Positions 49,375 through 60,900 of a DNA stretch of 64,000 nt are shown here, in pieces (position 1 is the stretch's first letter; each line of letters opens with the position of its first letter). Both the position numbers and the translations under genes were made by a program. The stretch is from Squalus acanthias (taxonomy: Eukaryota). The notes below the pieces were generated by a model. That model did not search any database and had not been told where the DNA came from. It saw only the letters and a program-made list of their open reading frames with translations. The stretch is taken from NCBI GenBank assembly GCA_030390025.1, contig JASTWF010000034.1:1798001-1862000 (forward strand). The letters run 5' to 3'.

Positions 49375-50860
49375 AGAAAATAGGAAAATATGAAATAGGA
49401 GCAGGAGTAGACCATTTGGCCCATCGATCCTGCTCCGCTATTCAGGAAGGTCATGGCTGATCTTCTACCTGAACTCCACTTTCCTGAACTATCACCATTG
49501 TCCTTGATTCCCTTAATATTCAAAAATCTTTCAATCTCTGTTTTGAATATACTCAACGACTGAGCATCCAAAGCCCTCTGGGGTAGAGAATTGCAAAGAT
49601 TCACCACCCTCCGAGTGAAGAATTTTGTCCTCATCTCGGACCTAACTGGCCGACGTCTTTTGCTGATACTGTGACCCCTTGTTCTAGACTCCCGAGCCAG
49701 GGGAAACATCCTCACTGCATCTACCCTGTTAAGCCCGCTAAGAATTTTATATATTTCCATGAGATTACCTCTCATTCTTCTAAATTCTAGAGAACATAGG
49801 CCTAGTCTACTCAATCTGTTCTCATAGGACAATCCCCCCATCCCAGGAACCAGTCTGGTGAACCTTCGTTGCACTCCCTCTTTGGCAATTATATCCTTCC
49901 TTAGGTAAGGAGACCAAAACTGTACACAGTACTCCTGGTGTGGTCTCACCAGGGCCTTATATAATTGCAGTAAGACGTCTTTACTCTTATATTCAAATCC
50001 TCTTGTAATAAAGGCCAACATACCATTTGCTTTCCTAATTATTTGCTGTACCTGCATGTTACCTTTCAGTGATTCATGTACAAGGACACCCAGGTCCCTC
50101 TGAACACCAACATTTCCCAATCTCTCAACATTTAAAAAATACCTTGCTTTACTATTTTTCCTAACTGCACATTTCTCCACATTATATTCCATTTGCCATG
50201 TTCTTGCCCATTCACTTAGCCTTTCTATATCCCCTTGAAGCCTCCTTGTATCCTCCTCACAACTTACATTCCCACCCAGCTTTGTATCATCAGCAAACTT
50301 GGATATATTGCATTTGGTCCCCTCATCCAAATCATTGATATATATCGTAAATAGCTGTGGCCCAAACACTGATTCTTGCGGTACCCCACTAGTTACAGCC
50401 TGCCAAACCGAAAATGACTCGTTTATTGCTATTCTCTGTTTTCTGTCCGTTAACCAATCCTCAACCCATGCTAGAATATTACCCCCAATCCCATTTTGTT
50501 TAATAACCTCTTGTGCGGCACCTTATCGAATGACTTCTGAAAATCCAAATCTACCACATCTACTGTCTCCCCCTTATCTGTTCTGCTAGTTACAACCTCA
50601 AAAAACTCTAACAAATTTGTCAAACACGATTTCCCTTTCATAAATCCGTGTTGACTGTGCCCAATCCTATTATAATTTTCTAACTGCCCTGTTACTACGT
50701 CCTTAATATATTTTAGCATTTTCCCTACTACTGATGTGAGGAAAAGTGATCTGTAGTTCCCCGTTTTCTCTCTCCCTCCTTTCTTAAATATTGGGGTTAC
50801 ATTTGCTACATTCCAATCCGCGGCAAACGCTCTAAAATCGATGCAATTTATGGAATTTCA
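49375..50860 (-). mobile_element. CR1 ORF2 RT fragment
   Basis: ORFs 49119..50369 and 50471..50719. Confidence 0.92.
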
Positions 50861-50884
50861 TCTTCCATCTATTTTGTTTTTCTT

Positions 50885-52558
50885 TTTTATTCATTCATGG
50901 GCTGTGGTCATCGCTGGCATGCCGAGCTTTTATTGCCCATCCCTAGTTGCACTTGAGAAGGTGATGGTGAACCGCTGCAGTCGGTGATGGAAAGGCGCTC
51001 CCACAGTGCTGTTATGGAGGGAGTTGCAGGATTTTGACGTAGCGACAATGAAGGAATGGTGATATACTTCCAAGTCAGGATGGTGTGTGACTTGGAGGGG
51101 AAGTTATAGGTGATGGTGTTCCCATGCTCCTGCTGCCCTTGTCCTTCTAGGTGGTAGAGGCTGCATGTTTGGGAGGTACTGGCGAAGAAACCTTGGCAAG
51201 ATGCTGCAGTGCATCTTGTAGATGGTACACACTGCAGCCACGGTGCGCCGGTGGTGGAGGGAGTAAATGTTTAAGAACATAACATAAGAAATAGGAGCAG
51301 GAGCAGGCCTCCTCTGTTGCAAGGAAAACAAACCCAGCTTATCCCAGTTAATATTGGGGTAGTTCAAATCTCCTACTATTACTGCCCTATAGTTTTTGCA
51401 CTTCTCAGAAATGTGTCGACATATTTGCTCTTCTATCTCCCTCTCACTGTTTGGGGGTCGAGAGTACATTCCCAGCAGTGTGGTCGCCCCTTTTTTGTTT
51501 TTCCATTCGACCCATATGGCCTCGTTTGATGATCCCTCCAACATATCATCTCTCGTCACAGCTGTAATAGTTTATTTAATCAATACCGCGACACCCTCCC
51601 TTTTTACCACCCTCTCTACCCCTTTATGGTGATGGATGGGGTACCAATCAAGTGGGCTGCTTTGACCTGGATGATGTCGAGCTTCTTGAGTGTTGTTGGA
51701 GCTGCACTCATCCAGACAAGTGGAGAGTATTCCATCACACTCCTGACTTGTGCCTTGTAGATGGTGGAAAGGATTTGGCGAGTCAGGATGTGAGACACTC
51801 GCCGCAGAATACCCAGCCTTGACCTGCTCTGTTAGCCACAGTATTTATGTGGTTGGTCCAGTTAAGGTTCTGGTTAATGGAACCCCCCAGGATACTGATG
51901 GTGACGGATAAGGCGATGGTAATCCCATTGAATGTTAAGGGGATGTGGCTCTTGTTGGAGATTGTCATTGCCTGGCACTTGTTTCGTGTGATTATTACTT
52001 GCCACTTATCAACCCAAGGCTGAATGTCATCCAGGTCTTGCTGCATGCGCGCATGGACTGCTTCATTATCTGAGGAGTTGTGACTAGAATTGAATACTGA
52101 GCAATCATCAGCGAACATCCCCACTTCTGACCATAGGATGGAGGGAAAGTCATTGATGAAATAGCTGAAGATGGTTGGGCCGAGGACACTGCCCTGATGT
52201 ACTGCTGCAGCGATGTCCTGGGGCTGTGATGATTGACCTCCAAAAACAACAACCATCTTCCGTTGTGCCGGGTATGACTCGAGCCAGTGGAGAGTTTTCC
52301 CCCTGCTTTCCATTGCCACAATTTTACTGGGGCTCCTTGATGCCGCACTCAGTCCAATGCTGCCTTGATGTCAAGGGCAGTCACTCTCTCCTCACCACTG
52401 GAATTCAGCTCCTTTGTCCATGTTTGGACCAAGGCTGTAATGAGGTCTGGAGCCGAGTGGTCCTGGCGGAACTCAAACTGGGCATCGGTGAGAAGGTTAT
52501 TAGTGAGTAAGTGCCACATAATAGCACTGTCGACGGCACCTTTCATCAATTTGCTCAT
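50885..52558 (-). mobile_element. LINE (same family as 7237-8050) interrupted by CR1 pieces at 51273-51615
   Basis: QGSVLGP, MFADDC, YKAQVRSVMEYS in ORFs 51616..52558; APE-type fragment within ORF 51104..51559. Confidence 0.85.
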
Positions 52559-52604
52559 TTCAGCAGTCTGTCTATGTCATCCTGAAGCCTACCTTATCCC
52601 GCTC

Positions 52605-52680
52605 TGTGTGTGCGTGTATATATGTATATGAATATATATATCTATATATATATATATATATCAATATCATTAATATATAT
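52605..52680. repeat. (TG)n/(TA)n microsatellite
   Basis: Direct reading. Confidence 0.9.
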
Positions 52681-53272
52681 CAAAAAGAGCAGTAGTCGAA
52701 TAGCGACATCTGGGGGATACCTATGAACCCTTCCCTCCAGTCTGAACAACAACCGTTCACTACTACTCCCGGTTTTCTGTCACTTAGCCAATGTCTGATC
52801 CCCACTGCCACTGTCCCTTTGGTCCTATCAAGTCTATTCAATTGTACTTCATCAAATGCATTTTGAATGTCCATATACACAACATCAACCGCACTACCCT
52901 CATCAACCATTTCCGTTACTTCATCAAAGAACAAAAAACAAAGTTTGTCAGACACACTTTGCCGTTAACATATCCGTGCTGGTTGTCATTTATTAATCCA
53001 TGTTTTTTCCAAAGACAGAAACTTTTCTCCGTGAATATGGCCTCTAGAGTTTTCCCCACCACTGACGTTAGGCTGACTGGCCTCCAGTTACAGGGTTTAT
53101 CCCTCTCTCCTTTTTTAAACAGGGTGTAACATTTTCAACCCACCTGTCCTATGGCACCATTCCCATATCCGAGGAGGATTGAAATATTCTGGCCAGAGCC
53201 TGCACTATTTCCACCATTCCTTCCCTCAGCAATCCTTATACTTCCCATCCAGACCGGGTAAATGTTCTACTT
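52681..53272 (-). mobile_element. Old CR1 RT fragment
   Basis: VDEGSAVDVVYMDIQNAFD in ORF 52680..52955. Confidence 0.8.
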
Positions 53273-53579
53273 TATTGGGGTACAAAACGTGCTGGATTGA
53301 AAGGGGTTAACTGAAGCTGTTTGTTCAGTGAGTGTAATTAATGTCAGTCTCCACGGGTTAACTGAAGATGTTTGTTTAGTGACTGTAATTAATGTCAGTC
53401 TCCATGGACTCTGATTGTATCAGTGCAGGGTTTCCCTCTTCTATTAATAAGGGACTCCTTTCAATGTGTTATCCCATAGTGTCAGTGAGAGCATCACCTC
53501 CGGCACTGACAGGGATCAGCGCGCTGCTCCAGAGAGAGAGAGTCGGAATCTGAGAACAGTAGATTGGAATGTTACAACA

Positions 53580-53760
53580 ATGGATCAGAATCGGAGAACA
53601 GTAGATTGGAATGTTACAACAATGGGCAGGAGTTTCAGCTGGCAGGTTGACTTTCTTTCAGCATTTTATGATGAAATATCATTAGACCTGCGGATACAGT
53701 TGGCATTTCAGATTGTTAAATACATTTACTATCCCCTCCTTGCTGCTGTTGGTGTTCCTG
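53580..53760 (+). CDS. First coding exon (1A) of a GPR139-like GPCR (N-terminus + most of TM1)
   Basis: MDQNRRTVDWNVTTMGRS..IQLAFQIVKYIYYPLLAAVGVP, phase-1 G|GTAAG donor compatible with the TA-AAC start of an 18611-type exon 2 (gives GVPVNL); start could instead be ATG 53622. Confidence 0.82.
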
Positions 53761-54007
53761 GTAAGTCTCTCTATTGAGCTATTCTGTTAACCATGTTTTA
53801 CTGTATTACTGTTCGTGTCGTTAACTCTCCCCTCCTTGCTGCAGTTGTTGTTCCAGGTAAGTCTCTCTATCCAGCTATTAACCTTGCAAACCTTTGCTAA
53901 CTGTATTACTATTCTTCATTATTTGCTGCTGTTGGTGTCGTTGGTAAGTCTCTATATCCAGAAATTGGATCTGAAAATCACGTTTCACTAAATTACTGTT
54001 TTTGTCA

Positions 54008-54500
54008 TTTAAATCTTGGGAAGAGCGAAGCCATTGTCTTCATTCTCCGTCACAAACTCCATTCTCTATCTACCGATTCAGGCCCCCTCCCTGGTCAATG
54101 TCTGAGGCTGAACCAGGCTGTTTGCAACCTCTGCGATCTCTTTGTCCCTGAGCTGAGTTCCGAACTCATATCTTCTGAATCACCAGTCCTGCCGACTACC
54201 ACCCCCAAAATTTCACCCATCTCCGCTCCACCTCAGCCCTTCCGCTGCATAAACCCTCATTCTTGCCTTTGTTAAATCCAGACTCGACTATTCCAATACT
54301 CTCCGGGCCATCCTCCCAGTAACAAGCCTCCGTAAACTAGAGCTCATCCAAAACTCTGCTGCCCATATCCTAACACACATCATGTCCCGTTCACCCGTCA
54401 CCCCGGTGATCACTGATCAACATTGGCTGCCGATCCGGCAACAACTCGATTTAAATATTCTTCTCCTCATGTTCAAATCCCACCATGGCCTCACCCCTCA
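54008..54500 (+). mobile_element. Degenerate L2 LINE RT fragment
   Basis: Remnants such as SRLDYSN, LELIQNSAA, HWLPI..ILLLMFK. Confidence 0.75.
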
Positions 54501-57500
54501 AATTATTCCCATTCCCTTGCTCTTTTCCCATAGTCCTGCAAATTGTTCCCCTTCAGGTATTTATCCAATTCACCTTTTAAAGTTAATTTCTTTCCCTCTG
54601 TACCTCTCCCTGTCTTTCAGTCTCATATAAGTGGACATATGACAGATATCAAGTTCAGAATTCAAGTGAGAACCAGGCTGAATATAGAAAGTTCAGAGAT
54701 GCTGTGTCAAAGGGAATAAGAGGGGCAAAGAGAGTGTATTAGAATAGATTGGCAGTTAACAAAAAATTGGATCCAAAAGTCTTCTAAAGGCATATAAATA
54801 GTAAACGGGTATGAAGAGGTGGGGTGCGGCTGATTAAGGGCCAAAAAGGAGACCTACGAATGGAGGCAGAGGGCATGGCTGAGATACTAAATGAATACTT
54901 TGCATCTGTTTTTACCAAGGAAGAAACTCCTGCCAAAGTCATAGTGAAAGAGGAGGTGGTTGAGATACTGGATGGGCTAAAAATTGATAAGACGAGGTAC
55001 TAGAAAGGCTGGCTGTACTTAAAGTAGATAAGTCACCAGGAGCGGATGGGATGCATCCTAGGATGCTGAGGGAAGGGGGGAAATTTGCGGAGGTAGTGGC
55101 CAGAATCTTCCAATCCTCCTTCGATACGGTGTGGTGCCAGAAGACTGGAGAATTGCAAATGTTACACCCTTGTTCAAAAACGGGTGTAAGGATAAACCCA
55201 CAAAATACAGAGCAGTCAGTTTAACCTGGGTGGTTGGGAAGCTTTTAGAAACGATAATCCGGGACAAAATTAACAGTCACTAGGACAAGTGTGGATTTAA
55301 TTAAGGAAATCCAGCACGGATTTGTCAAAGGCAATCGTGTTTAACTAACTTGACGTGCTTTCTGATCATTTAACAGAGAGGGTTGATGAGCGGAATGCGG
55401 TTGACATGGATTTCAAAAAGACGTTGATAAAGTGCCATATAATAGGCTTGCCAGCAAAGTTGAAGCCCATGGAATAAAAGGGACAGTGCAGCATGGATAA
55501 GAAATTAGTTAAGTGACAGGAAACTGTGAGTAGTGGTGAACGGTTGTTTTCTGGACTGGAGGAAGGTACACAGTGGTGTTCCCCAGGGGTCGGTACTAGG
55601 ATCACTGCTTTTTTTGATATCTGTTAATGACTTGGACTTGGGGGTAATGGGCACAATTTCAAAATCTGCAGATGACACAAAACTTGGAAGTATAGTGAAC
55701 AGTGAGGAGGATAGTGATAGACTTGAAGAGGACAGAGACATGCTGGTGAAATGGGCGGACACGTGGCAGATGAAATTTAATGCAGAAAAGTGTGAAATGA
55801 TACAATTTGGTATGAAGAATGAGGAGAGACAATATAAACTAAAGGGTACCATTCTAAAAGTGGTGCATGAACAGAGAAACAAATCGTTGAAGGTTGCAGG
55901 GCAGGTTGAAAAGGTGGTTAAAAAAGTATACGGGATCCTGGGCTTCATAAATAGAGGCTTAGAGTATAGAAATGTGATAGAGGTGTTCAAAATCATGAGT
56001 GTTCTGGACAGAGTAGATAGAGAGAAACTGTTCCCATTGTTGCAAAGGTCACGAATCAGAGGACACAGATTTATGATGATTGGCAGAATAACCAAAGGGG
56101 ACATGAGAAAAAACTTTTTTACGCAGCGAGTGGCTAGGATCTGGAATGCACTGCCTTAAAGGGTGGAGGAGGCAGATTCAGTTGTGGCTTTCAAAAGGGA
56201 ATTGGATAAGTACCTGAAGGAAAAAAATTGCACGGCTTTGGGGCAAGCGCATGGGGGTGGGAGTTGCTGAAGTGCTCTTGCAGAGAACTGGCACGGGCTC
56301 GACGGGCCGAATGGCCTCCTTCTGCGTTGTAACCATTCTATGATTCTATCTTTTAAGAAAGAAAGACTTGCATTTATATAGCACCTTTCACGCCCACCGG
56401 ACATCTGAAAACGCTTTACGGCCAATGAAGTAATTTTGGAAGCGAAGTCACTGTTGTATTGTGGGAAACATGGCAGCCAATTAGTGCAGAGCAAGCTCCC
56501 ACAAAAGGCAATGTGATAATGACCAGATAATCTGTTTCTGTTATGTTGATTGTTGGATAAACATTGGCCATGACACCGGGGATAACTCCCCTGCTCCTCT
56601 TCAAAATAGTGTCATGGGATCCTTTACGTCCACCTGAGAGCGCAGAAAGGGACGTTGTTTAACATCTCATCTGAAAGACGGCACCTCCGACAGTGCAGCA
56701 CTCCCTCAGCACTACACTGGAGTCTCAGCCTAGATTTATGGGCTATAAGTTCCTGCAGTGGGACGTTAACCCAGAACCCTCTAGAGTCAGAAGCGAGTGT
56801 GCTACCCACTGAGCCACAGCTAACACATTATGCCTGCCTTTTTTCTGTCACTTTCTCGTCTTTTGTTCTCAGCTTTAGATCAATACAGGAAGAGAAACTC
56901 CCTTCTCTCTGTTCAGTCCTCGGTATTTTTGGACTCTACAAGAATCAAGGGATATAAAGATGGGCTGGGTGTAAGGAGAATGTGGATTTGAGGTCGAAGA
57001 TCTGCCATGATCTCATTCAATGAGGGGCTCGAAAGACCGTATTGCCAACTGCTGCTCCTAATTCTTATATTCTTATGTTTATGGGCGTGTGAAATATTAC
57101 GTATTCGCTCACTTTTAATTTAAAACTGTGTAAAATAAGGTGAGCTAGATTATGCTGCAGTAAAGTGTTGTGGTGACAATGGTTCAATGAGTCTGTTTGT
57201 TCAATTACTGTAATTAATGCCAGTTACAGTGAGGCCTAATGATGTCACTGAAGGTAAGCATGCAGGTGCAGCAGGCGATTAAGAAGACAAATGGTATGTT
57301 GGCCTTCATAGCGAGATGATTCGAGTACAGGAGCAAGGATGTCTTGCTGCAGTTCTACAGGGCCTTGGTGAGACCACATCCTGAGTATTGTGTGCAGTTT
57401 TGGTCGCCTTATCTGAGGAAGAATGTTCTTGCCATGGAGAGAGTGCAGCGAAGATTCACCAGACTGATATCTGGGATGGCAGGCAGGATGTATGAAGAGA

Positions 57501-57949
57501 GATTGGGTCGATTGGGCTTGTATTCGCTAGAGTTTAGAAGAATGAGAGGGGTACTCATTGAAACTGATTAAATTCTAACAGGACTAGACAGACTAGATGC
57601 AGGAAAGATGTTCCCGATGGTCGGGGAGTCCAGAACCAGGAGTCACAGTCTAAGGATAAGGGGTAAGCCATTTAGGACAGAAATGAGGAGGAATTTCTTC
57701 ACCCAGAGAGTGGTGAACCTGTTGAATTCTCTACCACAGAAGACAGTTGAGTCCAATTCGTTAAATATATTCAAGAAGGAAATAGATATATTTCATAAGG
57801 CTAAGGGGATCAAGGGATATGGGGAGAAAGCAGGGACAGGGTACTGAATTTGGATGATCAGCCATGATCGCATTAAATGGCGGAGCAGGTTCGAGGGGCC
57901 GAATGGCCTACTCCTGCTCCTATCTTCTATGATTCTATGTTTCTTTGTG

Positions 57950-60900
57950 CTTCTTCATCCCAGAGGCCATCATCTCAGTAAAGGGTTAGAATCAGTGTCT
58001 AATGAGCCACTCACGGACGGCCCTTTCAGTGGCAACATTGTGCGCCTCCCTCCCACGTTGGTGCTGCTGATTCTCCTCCTCCTCCTCTCCCTCTTGCTCC
58101 TCCTCCTCAGGTGGTGCACCAATCCCTGGTGGCAATGGCTGGGTCCTCATGTTTGCAATGTTATGAAGAATGCAGCACTCAACAATGAAGAGGGAATCTC
58201 GCTCTTGAGATTACTGCAGGGCTCCTCCTGAGTGGTCCAGACAACCGAACCGCTTCCTGTGTCCCTGACGACCATATGTGTGGGAAGTGTATGCAGCTGC
58301 AGCTACTGATGGACCGCATTGCAGCACTGGAGCTGCGGATGGATGCATATTGGAGCATTCGCGACGCTGAGAACGTCGTGGATAACACGTTTAGCGAGTT
58401 GGTCACACCGCAGGTAAAGGGTGTACAGGCAGGAAGTGAATGGGTGACCACCAGGCAGAGGAAGAGGTGCAGGCAGTTAGTGCAGGGGTCCCCTGTGGCC
58501 ATCCCCCTCTCAAACAGATATACCACTTTGGATGCTGTTGGGGGAGATGACTTATCAGGGGAAGGCAGCAGCAGCCAACTTCCTGGCACCATGGGTGGCT
58601 CTGCTGCACAGGCTGTGAGGAAAAAGTGTGGAAGAGCTATAGTGATAGGGGATTCAATTGTAAGGGGAATAGATAGGCGTTTCTGCGGCCGCAACGAGAC
58701 TCTAGGATGGTGTGTTGCCTCCCTGGTGCAAGGGTCAAGGACGTCTCGGAGCGGCTACAGAACATTTTGGAGGTAGGGGGGCGAACAGCCAGTTGTCGTG
58801 GTGCACATAGGCATCAACGATATAGGTAAAAAATGGGATGAGGTCCTAAAAGCAGAATATAGGGAGTTAGGAGGTAAATTAAAAAATACTACCTCAAAGC
58901 TAGTAATCTCAGGATCGCTACCTGTGTCATGTGGTAGTCTGAGTAGAAATAGGAGGATAGTTCTACTGAATACGTGGCTAGAGGAATGGTGCAAGGGAGA
59001 GGGATTCAAATTCCTTGGATATTGGAACCGGTTCGGGGAAGGTGGGAGCAGTACAAACGGGACGGTTTGCACCTGGGCAGGGCCGGGACCGATGTCCTAG
59101 GGGGAGTGTTTGCTAGTGCTGTTGGGGAGGGTGGATGAATTAGCTGCGCAAATAGTGGTTAATGAATACGATTTGATTTGGATTACAGAAACATGGCGCC
59201 AGGGTGGCCAAGGCTGGGAACTCAACATCCAGGGTTATTCAATATTTAGGAAAGATGGGCAAAAAAGAAAAGGAGGTGGGGTAGCATTGCTGGTTAAAGA
59301 GGGGATTAACACAATTGAAAGGAAGGATATTAGCTCTGATGATGTGGAATCTGTATGTGTAGAACTGAGAAATAACAAGGGGCAGAAAACGTTTGTGGGA
59401 GTGTTATTTAGACCTCCAAACAGTAATACGGAGGTTGGGGACGGCATTAAAAGGGAAATTAGAGAAGCATGCCGTAAGGGTACAGCAGTCATCATGGGTG
59501 ACTTTAATTTACATATAGATTGGGCTAACCAAATTAATAAAAATACTGTGGAGGAGGAATTCCTGGAATGTTTACGTCATGGTTTTCTGGAACAATATGT
59601 CGAGGAACCAACAGATATCAGGCCATCTTAGACTGGGTATTATGTAACGAGAAAGGATTAATTAGCAATCATGTCGTACGAGGCCCCTTGTGTCAGAGTA
59701 ATCATAATATGATAGAATTCTTCATTAGGATGGAGGGTGAAGTAGTTGAATCAGAGACTAGGGTCCTGAATTTAAATAAAGGAAACTACGATGATATGAG
59801 GCGCGAATTGAGTAGGATTGATTGGGGAATGTCACTCAAAGGGTTGACGATGGATAGGCAATGGCAAACATTCAAAGACTGCATGGATGAACTACAAAAT
59901 TTGTTCATCCCAGTGTGGCATAAGAATAAAACAAAAAGGGTGACTCAACCGCGGCTAACAAGGGAAATTAGGGATAGCATAAGATCCAAGGAGAGTGCAT
60001 ATAAATTGGCCAGAAAAAGCGGTAACCCTGAGGATTGGGAGTAGTTTAGGATTCAACAAAGGAGGACAAAGGGATTGATTAAGAAGGGGAAAATAGAATA
60101 TGAAAGTAAGCTTTCAGGGAACATAAAAACTGACTGTAAGAGCTTTTATAGATATGTGAAGAGAAAAAGATTAGTGAAATCAAGTGTAGGTGCCGTGCAG
60201 TAAGAAGTGGGGGAAGTTATAATGGGGAACAAAGAAATTCCAGGCCAATTAAATGCATATTTTGGTTCTGTCTTCACAAAGGAGGACACAAATAACCTCC
60301 CAGAGATGCTGGATAACATACGGTCTGATGAAAGGGAGGAACTGAAAGAAATCAGTATTTGCAGGGAAATGGTGTTAGGGAAATTGACGGGATTGAAGGC
60401 CGATAAATTCCCAGGGCCTGATAATCTACATCCTAGGGTACTTAAGGAACTGGCCCTAAAAATAGTAGATGCATTGCTGATCATCTTCCAACATTCGATG
60501 GAATCTGGAAATGTACCCATGGATTGGAGGGTAGCTAATGTTACCCCACTATTCAAAAAGGGTGGTAGAGAGAAAGCGGGGAATTACAGACTGGTAAGCC
60601 TGACATCGGTAGTGGGGAAATTGCTAGAGTCCATTATAAAGGATGTAATAGCTGAGTACTTGTAAAACAGTGACTGGAGCGGACAAAGTCAACATGGATT
60701 GACAAAAGGTAAATCGTGCTTGACTAATCTACTGGAATATTTTGAGGATGTAACTGGGAAAATAGATAAGGGAGAACCAGTAGATGTGGTGTATTTGGAC
60801 TTTCAAAAGGCTTTCGATAAGGTCCTGTATAAGAGATTAGCGTGTAAAGTTAAGGCACATGGGATTGGGGGCAAGGTATTGACATGGATAGAGAACTGGT

